DNA of 58,392 bases from Vulcanimicrobiota bacterium (GTDB lineage: Bacteria > Vulcanimicrobiota > Vulcanimicrobiia > Vulcanimicrobiales > Vulcanimicrobiaceae): contig PLCF01000049.1 in the NCBI GenBank assembly GCA_003135555.1, positions 27,889 through 86,280 on the forward strand. The letters run 5' to 3'. The notes under the pieces are model-generated. The model saw only the letters and a program-made list of their open reading frames with translations. It was not told the DNA's origin and did no database searches. A program made the translations under genes and the position numbers. This document shows positions 8,448 through 18,172 of the stretch, piece after piece (the stretch's first letter is position 1; each line of letters begins with the position of its first letter).

Positions 8448-8705
8448 ATGATGGCTCTTTCGTTCGCGACCGACGTTCTCCCGATGTTCCGCCAAGTCGA
8501 TATCGACCACATGAAGCCGATGGGCGTGCTGCTCGACGACTACGACTACATGTCGAACGCGGAGAACGATCACCAAAACGCGCAGAGCGTCTCCGACAGC
8601 CTGACCGGCAAGAACACGCCGCAGATGCCGCCGGGTGGTCCGTATTGGACCGCCGAGCAGCTCGCGAAGTACGCGCAGTGGATGGCCGACGGCTACCAGC
8701 CGTAA
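8448..8705 (+). CDS. Small hypothetical protein (85 aa), SF..D..P.F...MPPGG..W...W motif
   Basis: GGAG RBS, host-like codon usage, conserved-looking motif. Confidence 0.75.
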   Translation: MMALSFATDVLPMFRQVDIDHMKPMGVLLDDYDYMSNAENDHQNAQSVSDSLTGKNTPQMPPGGPYWTAEQLAKYAQWMADGYQP

Positions 8706-8733
8706 CCGCGAAGAACGAAGCCGTAGCGCCGGG

Positions 8734-9333
8734 CTACCAAATAAATGGTATCAGACGATAGCGAAGCTTCCGGCAATAATCCGCATATCCGGGCAGGTTC
8801 TCCGTAAGGAACCTCTCTTCAAAACGAATCCGTAACGCGATGATCAGCGCCATGGGAACGACCATGAGCAGCCCCCACCAAGACCCAAGCGCCAACGGCG
8901 TACCAAAGAGCAGCACGAGCAATCCCGAGTACATCGGGTGGCGAACCCGTGCGTACGGCCCCGTCGTTATAACCTTTTGATCGGACACCACCTCGACGGT
9001 CGCACCGGCGAATGTGTTTTCTCGAAAGACGATGAAGTAGATCAGAAACCCCAATACTACTACGGCGAAGCCTGCGATGTCCACGATGAGTGGAACATGC
9101 GACCACGCATAGCGATGATCGCACCAAGAGAGCACGAACGTTCCGGAGAGTACGAGCATCGCCAAGACCTGTAAGACGTTCTGACTCGCGTCCTTCTCGG
9201 CTCCCAGCCCGCGGGTGCGGCGCCTCAGAAGCGTTGGATCTTTGCGCTGCAGGTAAACGACCATCGTGGCGGACGCGGCGGCCATGACGAACAGGTAGAC
9301 CCACGCCTGCCAAAACCCGAGATTCCCCATCAT
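8734..9333 (-). CDS. Isoprenylcysteine carboxyl methyltransferase-family membrane protein
   Basis: QKVITTGPYARVRHPMYSG, RIRFEERFL, PGYADYC...RLIPFIW. Confidence 0.92.
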   Translation of the reverse strand: MMGNLGFWQAWVYLFVMAAASATMVVYLQRKDPTLLRRRTRGLGAEKDASQNVLQVLAMLVLSGTFVLSWCDHRYAWSHVPLIVDIAGFAVVVLGFLIYFIVFRENTFAGATVEVVSDQKVITTGPYARVRHPMYSGLLVLLFGTPLALGSWWGLLMVVPMALIIALRIRFEERFLTENLPGYADYCRKLRYRLIPFIW

Positions 9334-9434
9334 GACCGTCCTACTCGAATCGCCGTCGGAGGATTCAGGCGGTTTGAAACGCCACCGTCCGAGCCGGAAC
9401 AGGAGCCGGCGCGCCCGGGCGCGACCAAAGCGGC

Positions 9435-9986
9435 ATGAAGGGAGCGCATGGGCTGAGCCGCCGCCTCGTACTACCCGTTGCGCTTCTGCTCGCGATCTGC
9501 GGCCCGGTGAGCGTCGCGGGGCGGGGCGACGAGAATCACGTCGATGGGTACCCGATCCAGTTCCCGGCGTCGCAGATCGAGATCACCAAAGTCTACGCCG
9601 ACGGTGTCGAACAGGAGGGTCATCACGTCGCCCTTCCGGTGACGTGCGCCATCTACGTGAACAAAGGACCGAAACCGGTAGTGCACATGCAGTTCGACTT
9701 TGCGGCAGTGTCGTCGGACCTGAAGATCGGCATTCCCGAACCGTACGATACGACCGGCAAGTTCGCGGTCGGCGTCGTGCAGAACAGCGGATATTACAAT
9801 TGTCGGCTCAGCCACTTCGGTCAGATCCTGGACGGCCAGCTCAGACGGATACGCGTTTTCGGACGTCCCGAGTTCTATTGGCTCGTTGCATGGATCAACA
9901 AGGTCGTGTACGCCGACGGAACGACGTGGGAAGCGCAGCCACCCGTCTACGCGTCGCCGCTGCCGGCGCCGACACCGTTCCACTGA
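9435..9986 (+). CDS. Secreted hypothetical protein
   Basis: Signal peptide; C-terminal KVVYADGTTWE. Confidence 0.7.
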   Translation: MKGAHGLSRRLVLPVALLLAICGPVSVAGRGDENHVDGYPIQFPASQIEITKVYADGVEQEGHHVALPVTCAIYVNKGPKPVVHMQFDFAAVSSDLKIGIPEPYDTTGKFAVGVVQNSGYYNCRLSHFGQILDGQLRRIRVFGRPEFYWLVAWINKVVYADGTTWEAQPPVYASPLPAPTPFH

Positions 9987-10119
9987 CCCGCCAGAATTCC
10001 GATCGGGCCTTTATGCCTCCGCACGCATGACGTTGATTGACCTAGCGAAAGGTCCGATCGCAGCGCGGACAGGCCCAACTCACAAGGTTTCTCGTACACC
10101 CCGAACGCACAGCCGTCAA

Positions 10120-10713
10120 GTGCCTCAGATTTCCGCAGTGGAGTTCAATGCGCTGCCGCTGCGGGTCCATACATTTCTTGTGGACGTACCGTTGCACGAC
10201 GTTTGGGCGGTCGACCTGCCGGCGTCGCGCGAACCCGTGACGCTCGCCGAATTCAATTCCGCCGAGAGTCAGAGTCGAAGGAGCGGAGGGCTCCCGTCGC
10301 CGGTGCGCGCCCTCTTCCGCCTGCGGTTTGTTCTCGGCCGCATCTTTCGCCTCGAGGCCGAACCAAAGGATGCCGGCGCGGCGTCGTTCGAAACCAGGCT
10401 GACCCCTGAAGATCGCGCCCGGTCTTCGGTGGAGCCCGGAACGCCCAACGGACCGTTCCGCGTCGTCTATCGTTTCGAGAACGAGACGTTGCTCGAGGTG
10501 CACAACCGCACGGCCCACGCCGCGGCGGTCAGCGCGCTCCTGCAAACGGCGACCGGCTATCGCTACTACTTCGCGGTGTATGTCGCCAAAGCAAGCTGGA
10601 TCACGCCGCTCTACATGGCCCTCATCGACCCGTTTCGCAGATGGCTGGTCTATCCGGCCTTGCTGAGAAACATCCGCGCGACCTGGCTCGAGTTCGTCTC
10701 ATCCGGCAGATAG
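10120..10713 (+). CDS. DUF2867-like protein (start uncertain)
   Basis: PLHDVWAVDL, LFRLRFVLGRIF, NRTAHA, YMALIDPFRRWLVYP. Confidence 0.75.
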   Translation: MPQISAVEFNALPLRVHTFLVDVPLHDVWAVDLPASREPVTLAEFNSAESQSRRSGGLPSPVRALFRLRFVLGRIFRLEAEPKDAGAASFETRLTPEDRARSSVEPGTPNGPFRVVYRFENETLLEVHNRTAHAAAVSALLQTATGYRYYFAVYVAKASWITPLYMALIDPFRRWLVYPALLRNIRATWLEFVSSGR

Positions 10714-10761
10714 TGAACTACAGGCTAGCCTACGGAAGGTAGATGTTAAGGAGCCGACAAT

Positions 10762-11607
10762 TTGGATGAGATCAGTTTGCTAGCGTCCAAACAGAAACCT
10801 ATGCAAGATCATGCTCAACGCCGTGCTAAGAGAGCCACGTTGGTTTTCACGACCAGCGTCATCGTGCTTGCGCTTGCGATGAGCGAGCAATCCCGCTCCT
10901 TTGCTCAAGCTGCTGCGCCCGCAAATCAATCGCATCAGCTCACGGTGCGCGTTCCTTTCGTGGGCTGCGCATCCGACGGTCAAGCCGGCCCGGCCAAAGC
11001 ACCCCCGGGGACCAGCAAGGTTGTGGCGATCTCATCTGAGATCGCTCCGCGGCTTGCCTACTACAAAGCCAAGTACGGATCCGGGACGCTGGCGCCGCGC
11101 GGATGGCACTGTTTTGGAACCTATGGTTCCAACGGCAGCAACTTGTACGTGAGCCCCAACCCGATCGCCGACCCGATCTTCCTTTCACACTGGGCCGGTT
11201 TCACCGGACCGGCAGTCCAGGTTTCCGACGTGCTCGGCGGCACCTCCGGAAGATTCGAGGTCGCCGAGATCATAGCGCGAGTCTTTCCCGCCCACATGGC
11301 GTTCGTCAAGAGTGTAATCGCCGAAGGAATCCAGCCGGCAAGTTCGTTCCCGCGGGGTCCGTACCAAGGCGACAGGCTGACGTATCTCAGCAAAGAGGTT
11401 GTAGAGTACGAAACCCCGGCAAACCAGAGCGGGCTGGGTACGGTTTCTCAATTGAAGAAGAACGGCAGTCCAATTCGCGGGGTGTCAATTCTGACCGGCA
11501 AGACACCGAATCTCACCCACCTATCGGTACGGCTTCCGCTCGATGCGACTGACCTGGGTCCTGTGATCATCCGGCAGACCGAACACGACGCTACGCACGT
11601 GAATTGA
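10762..11607 (+). CDS. Secreted hypothetical protein (start uncertain)
   Basis: Hydrophobic signal; VPFVGCASDGQ, APRGWHCFGTYGSNG, GGTSGRFEVA. Confidence 0.7.
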   Translation: MDEISLLASKQKPMQDHAQRRAKRATLVFTTSVIVLALAMSEQSRSFAQAAAPANQSHQLTVRVPFVGCASDGQAGPAKAPPGTSKVVAISSEIAPRLAYYKAKYGSGTLAPRGWHCFGTYGSNGSNLYVSPNPIADPIFLSHWAGFTGPAVQVSDVLGGTSGRFEVAEIIARVFPAHMAFVKSVIAEGIQPASSFPRGPYQGDRLTYLSKEVVEYETPANQSGLGTVSQLKKNGSPIRGVSILTGKTPNLTHLSVRLPLDATDLGPVIIRQTEHDATHVN

Positions 11608-11624
11608 GAAATGGCGGGCAGACG

Positions 11625-12221
11625 GTGACTCACGGTGTTTCACGAGCCCTTGTCGTCCTCGCACTAGCCGCGTTAGCGCTCGCTCCGCAGACGTCCGTCG
11701 GTGCTGAGCCGGCAGCGACGGTCTCGCACGTCTTTGTTGCGGCCGACGGGGACGGCCACTTGCGCAGCGGCCTGCACGTCGTGGAGCGTGCTACCGGCAG
11801 CTGCTGGATCAATTCGATCGTGACGACGCGGCCCGATGCTTGGCGCTGCGCCTCAAAGCACCTCCTCTACGACCCGTGCTTCGCGCTGTCGTACAGCCGC
11901 GGCCAAGTTGCATGCGTGCTCAGCCCATTCTCGCCGAGCGTCACAATTATTCGACTCACTGCCGCTCTGCCGCGTGTCGACTCCGGTCAGGCGGGCAGCG
12001 GGATACCGTGGGCGCTGCGGCTTACGAACGGCGACCAATGCGTCTTCGTCGCCGGCGCTTCGTCGGTCGTCGCCGGGATGCGCGCGAACTATTTCTGCAA
12101 GAAGTCCGGCCCGCTGTTCGGATCGCCGGACACGAAGAGTCCCGTCTGGCACATCTTTTCTGCCGAAGGACGCAGCACGGAACACCTGACACAAGTCAGC
12201 ATCGCAGAAGCGGTCTACTAG
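11625..12221 (+). CDS. Secreted Cys-rich hypothetical protein
   Basis: Signal peptide; GSCW...AWRC...YDPCF, PWALRL.NG..C, ANYFC; GTG start preferred. Confidence 0.75.
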   Translation: MTHGVSRALVVLALAALALAPQTSVGAEPAATVSHVFVAADGDGHLRSGLHVVERATGSCWINSIVTTRPDAWRCASKHLLYDPCFALSYSRGQVACVLSPFSPSVTIIRLTAALPRVDSGQAGSGIPWALRLTNGDQCVFVAGASSVVAGMRANYFCKKSGPLFGSPDTKSPVWHIFSAEGRSTEHLTQVSIAEAVY

Positions 12222-12223
12222 CA

Positions 12224-12967
12224 ATGCGGTCTCGATCGGCGCCGTGGCGGATGGCGTTGTTGCTAACGGCGCTCGTGGCTGCGGGTCCACGGGCGGCGAT
12301 TTCCGCGAACGCGACACTCTCGCACTGCGAGTTTCATTCCGTAGATACGCGCTGGGCAGGCGCCTGCGGGCCGATGTTCGACGAGACGCCGCGCCTGGCG
12401 CTCTCGTCCGAAAAGGCGATCACGACCGGTGCCTGGCGCAAAGCAGTGACGCCGACGACCGCGTGGGCGGGAGCAATGACCAACGAGGGACGCCCCAACG
12501 GGCCGATCGAGCTCGAAGTGTACCCCGACGCCGCCGGAGTGCTGCGCACGGAATACGGCTGGTTTCCCGTCTCCGACTTTTCGACGACGGCGACGACGCT
12601 GCAGTTCTCGCTCGACAGCGTGAACGAAGTTCCGCCGTCGGGACTCGACCGTCAAATCGTGGAGCGCGCGGCGGCGATTCTCGGATCCGTTGCGGTGTGG
12701 AACCGTGCCGACAACCGCAGGTGCCCCGCAACCGCCACGAAGTGGAGTATCTACTGCGCGGTAATCCGCGCGACCATCGACGTGACTGGCGCGTCGCACC
12801 ACCGCCGCCCCGCCATGGAAGTCGTGCGCAAGGCGATCGAAGCGCGGGTCGCCGGCCGACACTACCACCATCGCCTCATGGACTACAACAACGACCCGAC
12901 CACCCGGCTCGAGGACGTACAGAGCGTCTTCGCCGAGGTCCTCTCCCGCGACATCTGGGTTCAGTAG
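12224..12967 (+). CDS. Secreted protein with DUF6197-like C-terminal domain
   Basis: ATG 2 nt after the previous stop; WNRADNRRCP..KWSIYCA..HHRRPAM..HRLMDYNNDP. Confidence 0.75.
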   Translation: MRSRSAPWRMALLLTALVAAGPRAAISANATLSHCEFHSVDTRWAGACGPMFDETPRLALSSEKAITTGAWRKAVTPTTAWAGAMTNEGRPNGPIELEVYPDAAGVLRTEYGWFPVSDFSTTATTLQFSLDSVNEVPPSGLDRQIVERAAAILGSVAVWNRADNRRCPATATKWSIYCAVIRATIDVTGASHHRRPAMEVVRKAIEARVAGRHYHHRLMDYNNDPTTRLEDVQSVFAEVLSRDIWVQ

Positions 12968-13211
12968 CAGCGCCGGAGATCAAAAGTGTTTGCCCCTGAC
13001 GCCGATCGTCGCGCGCCGCAGGAAGCACCGGCCTGCTCGCAAAGCCGCCAACGATAACAAAAGCCGTCGGAGGTGGCGGATTGGCGTTGATGAGCCCCTT
13101 GATTAAGGGCGTCCCGGGCCTCAATCTACCGAGCCTCGGTGGAGGCGCTGTGGCGACTGATGGGCCGCGTACGCTCCCAATCAACATTTGCGACTTGCCC
13201 GGCACCATCTG

Positions 13212-13496
13212 ATGTCGCAAGAGGATCTGTCGTTTCTCCTGGCCGGCATCTTCTTCGCGACTATGGGTGTGCTCTTCTTGGCGCGAGCTCGTACGATTGC
13301 CAGTTTCATTGCCGGAAAGGCGCATGCCGTGCCTCCTGTACTGGCAGCGCTCTTTCTCTTACGAGCGAGACCGGCCCAGCAATCCGAGACCGCGAGGTAC
13401 CTTTGCGACATCTACCGCCTTGGCGGCGTTGGCGCGACGCTAGTAGGGCTGGTGATGATTTGCTCCATCTTGTTCTTAAAGCCGGCACCACCGTAA
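13212..13496 (+). CDS. Small membrane protein
   Basis: 2-3 hydrophobic segments; ATG overlaps upstream TGA; lower-GC patch. Confidence 0.5.
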   Translation: MSQEDLSFLLAGIFFATMGVLFLARARTIASFIAGKAHAVPPVLAALFLLRARPAQQSETARYLCDIYRLGGVGATLVGLVMICSILFLKPAPP

Positions 13497-13515
13497 TAAC
13501 ACTTCATAGCGTAGC

Positions 13516-13710
13516 ATGACACGTTCGGCGCTATTGTTGTGTATGATCGCGTTCCTCGCAGTTTCTATCGCGCGACCGCGCTGGTTCACCTGGATGACAC
13601 CGTTCTACAACGTTAGCGACACCGAGATCCGGAGTGGTGCAATCCTCCTGATGGCGTTCTTCATAATAAAGTTGATTGTAGATTTGACATCCCCAGGAGC
13701 ACAGCGTTGA
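13516..13710 (+). CDS. Small two-TM membrane protein
   Basis: Two hydrophobic helices; lower-GC patch. Confidence 0.45.
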   Translation: MTRSALLLCMIAFLAVSIARPRWFTWMTPFYNVSDTEIRSGAILLMAFFIIKLIVDLTSPGAQR

Positions 13711-13718
13711 AGGGCTCC

Positions 13719-14072
13719 CTACTGCGGGTCGCCCCCTGAGGTCCAACGGGCCATCTTTGCATGCCAGTCGTCGGTCGTGAGGGCCTCGACGAACAGATCT
13801 GCGACGTGATCCTCGAGGATGCCGGAAGGCGCCCAGCGCTGCGTCATGTTCTTGCGCCATTGATCCTTCTGGCGCAGGACGGTATCGCGCACGATCGCCG
13901 GAACGCAGTCCTTCATCTTCCCGTAGCCGTACGCGGAGCCAAGCTTCGCGCTCTCGGCTTCGCTGAGCCACAGCATGATGTGCTCGCCCGGCGCGGGGAC
14001 GCGCGCAAAGCTCGTAATGACGACGAACACGGTCTCGCCGGCGCGGACCATCACGACAGTATCTGCAGTCAC
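13719..14072 (-). CDS. Hypothetical protein (117 aa)
   Basis: Host-like codon usage; follows 14113-14697 on the same strand. Confidence 0.6.
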   Translation of the reverse strand: MTADTVVMVRAGETVFVVITSFARVPAPGEHIMLWLSEAESAKLGSAYGYGKMKDCVPAIVRDTVLRQKDQWRKNMTQRWAPSGILEDHVADLFVEALTTDDWHAKMARWTSGGDPQ

Positions 14073-14112
14073 CCGAGCGTCTTCGTCGCGACACGATGCT
14101 TTCCATCGCAGC

Positions 14113-14697
14113 TTAGGGGCGCCGAAACCGTCGGTCGACGTGCGTCGTGCGGCGCACGCCCTTCGTGTTGAGCGTGGCGAAGGTGAAGGCGTAGCAGAAC
14201 CCCGGGTTGCGCGTGTCGATCAACGTGATCCCCGTCCCCCACGTTGGCATTAGTGGGAGGTTCGACGATGAGTACACACCCGTGAACCCGGTCGGCGGCG
14301 TCGCGACGAACGACGGCACCGGCGCGGGGACCGCGGCCAGCCGCGTCCCGGTCTCGAACTGCGCGACCTGGTTCGCCGGATTCGTCTGCCCGACGTAGAG
14401 CGCGAGGAACGCTCCCGGCGTCTCGCCGTCGGGAACCGTCAGGTACATCGTACCGGCGTAGTCAGACGGCACGCTGTTCCCGGACGGATAGAGCAAGTAC
14501 GCATCGTCGACGCAGCCCGGCGGCAAGGTCGGATCGGGTGGCGACGGTTCATCAGTGGGCCCGGGTGTCGGTGGACACGAGAACGGATCGTTCGGATCGG
14601 GTATGCAATCGGGGAGAGCCCAGAAGCTGCCGCCGCATCCCGCACACGCGAACGACGACGATATCAACAATGCAACGAAGACGACCCAACGGATCAT
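14113..14697 (-). CDS. Secreted/lipoprotein-like hypothetical protein (194 aa), paralog of 7294-7878
   Basis: Roughly two-thirds identical by eye to 7294-7878. Confidence 0.85.
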   Translation of the reverse strand: MIRWVVFVALLISSSFACAGCGGSFWALPDCIPDPNDPFSCPPTPGPTDEPSPPDPTLPPGCVDDAYLLYPSGNSVPSDYAGTMYLTVPDGETPGAFLALYVGQTNPANQVAQFETGTRLAAVPAPVPSFVATPPTGFTGVYSSSNLPLMPTWGTGITLIDTRNPGFCYAFTFATLNTKGVRRTTHVDRRFRRP

Positions 14698-14818
14698 GGC
14701 CCAGCCCTCGCATCACGACGATGAAATTATTTCGTAATGCAATGCTACTGAGCGTTGCTGGTACCGCTCTACGGACGCGCTGTGATTTCGCCAAGAGTCG
14801 CGTCGACGAGCGCGATGT

Positions 14819-15295
14819 TCATCGAGGGTGAACTCGCCACGCCGCGCTCACCGATCCGCCCTGGTCGAACCCGCTGGCGATGTACGCCCAGGTGTTCGTA
14901 AACGGTCCGTACAGCGGGTCGACCACGTCGTAACCGCCAGCCGTCGTCGCCGTGAGCAGCGTGTAATGATACGCGCTCCCAAGATCGAGCAGCAGCTGCA
15001 CGACCGGACCGGCCTGCAGCGCCTGACGCACGATCGGCTCGGTAACCGCCCCGCCTGGTTCCAACGCGTCGGCGACCAACGCGAACGCGCTGTACAGCAG
15101 CGGGATGCGCGTCGCCTCGAGCGGCTTGTCGCACGCCTCGCTCGCACCGTTGACGCAACAATCGCTCCTGCTCAGAAACTGGTTCACGATGGCGCACTGC
15201 TCGGGCGGACTCGAGCCGGCGGCTTGGGCCACCATGCGCACGCAGGTCGCCCAGCACCAGTTGCTTTGCGCCTGCGTCTCGGGGACGATCGTCAT
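14819..15295 (-). CDS. Papain-like cysteine peptidase (C39/C70-like)
   Basis: Q..SNWCWA catalytic Cys, YHYTLL His, VVDP Asp; starts 5 nt after the hydrolase stop. Confidence 0.8.
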   Translation of the reverse strand: MTIVPETQAQSNWCWATCVRMVAQAAGSSPPEQCAIVNQFLSRSDCCVNGASEACDKPLEATRIPLLYSAFALVADALEPGGAVTEPIVRQALQAGPVVQLLLDLGSAYHYTLLTATTAGGYDVVDPLYGPFTNTWAYIASGFDQGGSVSAAWRVHPR

Positions 15296-15300
15296 TGGAA

Positions 15301-16734
15301 TCAGTTGCGAGGTTCGGCCGCGCAACCGCTTCCGCCGGCGCCCGCCGAAGCGAACCGGTACTTATTGGAGCCGAGGTTCTGGAGATTCGGACGCAGCGTC
15401 GCACCCGCCATTACGCCGTCCTTCATCGTTTGGGTGATGTCGGCGACGATCGTCGCGCTCGCCGCCCAGTATCCGTGCCCCAGGATGTCGCAGTGGAAAA
15501 ACGAGGCGTCGATCGCGTTGGCATTCGGCGGCAGCGCGACGGTGTCGTTGCAACCGGTGAGACCGGCGCGGCAATGCCCGTGCAGCTGCCGCGAAAGCTG
15601 CAACGCTTCGTCATGAGCGCTGGAGTACACGGTGACGCCCTGCGCCACCGTCGCCATCTCCGGAACAGCCTCCCAAAATGTCGCCGCGTCGACGTCCGGC
15701 GCCGCGAACACCGCCTGACCGATGTGTCCGGTCAAGGCCGGTTTCGCGTTGTGCAGGTACTGCAGCACGGACACGGCGACGCGGTTGCCCATGCTGTGCG
15801 CCATGATGTGCACGGTCTTGGGGGCGTTCGGAGCGCTGAGCAGGGCGACGAGGAAGTCGCGGAAGTGGTCGGTCGCCCACTGATTGCTCGACTCGTCGTC
15901 GATGTAGCGCGCCGTCACGTGCTTCGAAGGCCAACTGTAGTCAATGGGTACGGCGCTCGGCGCCAGCGCCGCGACCACGCTGGCCGTGAGCACCGCCGGG
16001 TCGTGGAAATCGTTGTTGAATCCGTGCACGAAGATGATCGCCGTATCGGCGGTGGGGTACTCGGCCCGCATCGCCGCCACGAATGCGGTCATGTCGGGAG
16101 TCACGGTGAGCGCCTGCAGGCTCGGCGGTCCGACCGCGGCTACGCGTGCGAACGCGAGGTGCATGCACGCGCTCGGCCCGGAGCACGGTTGGATGGGGCG
16201 GTCGTTACCAAACGCATTGTCGACCGTCGTCCCGCCGGGATTGGCCACTCGGTCGGTGGCGAAGAAGGTGGTACGCGGGCGCGGCGGCGCGGCGCCGCCT
16301 AAGAGCGCGAGGAGCGGCAGCTCGATGTCGCGCCGTTGGGTGCGGCCGGCCCGCAGCGCGACGGTTCCGGCGGGATGGATGCTGGTTCGGTACTGCGCCT
16401 CGAGCGAATAGGTCCCGGCGGCGATCGTCGCGGGGACGCCCGAATCCGGCGCCGCGTCGGAGAAGCGGTACGTCCCGTCGGCCCCCGACAGCGTATTCGC
16501 CACCACCGTGCCGGCCCGTAGGATCCGGACGTTCGCGTGCGCGACCGCCTTGTGGAGCGACGTCACGCGTCCCGTCAACAAGATGACCCGAGGGATCGGC
16601 GGGTCGAGCGGGTTCACGTCTTGCGATGCCGGCGGCACCGCACTGGACGGCGCCGCGCCGATCAGCGCGAACCCCAGCGCGATCGAAAGGGCGATTGATG
16701 CCGGCACACTCGTGCGGCGATCGTTCTGAGCCAT
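15301..16734 (-). CDS. Secreted alpha/beta hydrolase (DUF900-like) with N-terminal carboxypeptidase-regulatory-like domain
   Basis: FFATDR, IFVHGFNN, YSWPS, IMAHSMGNR, AAPDVD, D.AL..S, GHGYW. Confidence 0.88.
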   Translation of the reverse strand: MAQNDRRTSVPASIALSIALGFALIGAAPSSAVPPASQDVNPLDPPIPRVILLTGRVTSLHKAVAHANVRILRAGTVVANTLSGADGTYRFSDAAPDSGVPATIAAGTYSLEAQYRTSIHPAGTVALRAGRTQRRDIELPLLALLGGAAPPRPRTTFFATDRVANPGGTTVDNAFGNDRPIQPCSGPSACMHLAFARVAAVGPPSLQALTVTPDMTAFVAAMRAEYPTADTAIIFVHGFNNDFHDPAVLTASVVAALAPSAVPIDYSWPSKHVTARYIDDESSNQWATDHFRDFLVALLSAPNAPKTVHIMAHSMGNRVAVSVLQYLHNAKPALTGHIGQAVFAAPDVDAATFWEAVPEMATVAQGVTVYSSAHDEALQLSRQLHGHCRAGLTGCNDTVALPPNANAIDASFFHCDILGHGYWAASATIVADITQTMKDGVMAGATLRPNLQNLGSNKYRFASAGAGGSGCAAEPRN

Positions 16735-16827
16735 GCGCACCCCCACGTCTCGACACAAGCGGCACACCACCGCCGTCGCAGGATGCAGCGCAGGGCGGCC
16801 GAGTTCCTGTTTCGACTAGTAAGCCAA

Positions 16828-17133
16828 CTAGGCAGCGCGCTCGATGTCGCCAGGCGGGCGAGCGTCGGCAACGGTGAGGCTGACGATCCGGCGGCACGCG
16901 ATACCCTCGGCGTCGCGGATCAGCTTGAGGCACTCGTCGCGATTGGCCGCGTTGTTCAGCTCGAAGAGCCCCACGATCGCCGCGTCGAGTCCGACCCGGC
17001 CTTCCTCGTCGGCGAAGCCGCGGATCGGCCGGACCAGGTCGTCGCCCAAGATGTCCCAGCTCAACCAGCGGCACCCCGGCGGGGCCGGTGTCGCAGCGTG
17101 TTCCAGCAACTCGAGCGCCTCGTGTACGTTCAT
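16828..17133 (-). CDS. Hypothetical protein
   Basis: Plausible codon usage; no recognisable motif. Confidence 0.45.
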   Translation of the reverse strand: MNVHEALELLEHAATPAPPGCRWLSWDILGDDLVRPIRGFADEEGRVGLDAAIVGLFELNNAANRDECLKLIRDAEGIACRRIVSLTVADARPPGDIERAA

Positions 17134-17405
17134 CGACCCGATCATCCCAGGCCGTCGTAACGGAGCGCGCCCGCGCCGCGAGGACACCGGACAGTTACGG
17201 AAAGCGCCGAACGGAAGCTTGGCAAATGCCGTCGATCCCGCTCGGCCCGTACCGCGATGACTGCCGGCGTTACGATCGCGGCCTCCACCTCGCCGGCCCC
17301 GACGATCGTCTCGCCGTCAGCGGTTCCTTCGACACCGCGCGCCCGAGCGGCTATCTCGGCTGCCACAACTTTTTTCACCCCGACTAGCCCGCAGGAGATA
17401 CCACG

Positions 17406-17765
17406 GTGATCACAGGCATCGCATTCACGGGTTACAAGGTGACCGACCTGGACCGCGCGCGCGCATTCTACGAGGGCGTGCTGGGCCTGAAGATGAGCGA
17501 AGCGATGGCCGGCGGGAAGTGGATCGAGTACAACGTCAACGGTGCCATTCTGGCGCTGACCACGCTCGGCGAGAACTGGACGCCCAGCGATCAGGGTCCC
17601 GCGGTTGCGTTCGAAGTCGACGACCTCGACGCGATGGTCGCCACGCTCAAAGCGCACGGCACCAAGTTCTCCATGGAGAAGATGGAGTCACCCGTGTGCT
17701 GGATCGCGATCGCCCACGACCCCGACGGCAACAAAATCGTCTTCCACAAACTCAAAGCCGCCTAG
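17406..17765 (+). CDS. VOC/glyoxalase family protein
   Basis: VTDLDRARAFYEGVLGL, AFEVDDLD, DPDGN; AGGAG RBS. Confidence 0.93.
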   Translation: MITGIAFTGYKVTDLDRARAFYEGVLGLKMSEAMAGGKWIEYNVNGAILALTTLGENWTPSDQGPAVAFEVDDLDAMVATLKAHGTKFSMEKMESPVCWIAIAHDPDGNKIVFHKLKAA

Positions 17766-18133
17766 CCGGCCCGTCGTTCGGCGAGCTCCTTCGCGCGGAG
17801 CTTCGCGATGCGGCCGATCAACGCCACGGGCACCGGCGCAGAGAGCGGAAAGCGGATTGTACCTTTGCTGACCTCGTAGGGTGCGAGCTCATCCTTGAAA
17901 GCCGCGACGAAGCGACCGGTGGCCGGATACAGCGAGTAGTGCTGTTTCCACCCCGCGAAATGCAGCACGCGCCCGGCCGGAGTTCGGTACGCGGGGATAT
18001 TATACGAGATCACTTCCTCGGCTTCAGGCACGGCCTTACGGATGGCGCTCCGCACCCGCTCGAGAATGCCCCGCACCGCCTCGGGTTGCGAGGCAATGTA
18101 CTCGTCTACGGACTTGAACTTCGTTGTTGCCAT
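17762..18133 (-). CDS. DUF1801/YdhG-like protein
   Basis: SVDEYIASQP, PEAEEVISYNIPAY, KGTIRFP. Confidence 0.9.
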   Translation of the reverse strand: MATTKFKSVDEYIASQPEAVRGILERVRSAIRKAVPEAEEVISYNIPAYRTPAGRVLHFAGWKQHYSLYPATGRFVAAFKDELAPYEVSKGTIRFPLSAPVPVALIGRIAKLRAKELAERRAG

Positions 18134-18172
18134 TGCGAGCCCGTCTTTCGGCTGGCGAGGTGGTCCGAAGAG

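Noticed and set aside
10714..10761. GTTAAGG as an integron attC core (also near 4110)
   Set aside because: Does not fit GTTRRRY; no inverse core or recurring hairpin; no integrase.
17226..17387. Possible 53-aa ORF upstream of the VOC gene
   Set aside because: No RBS or motif; cannot be supported.
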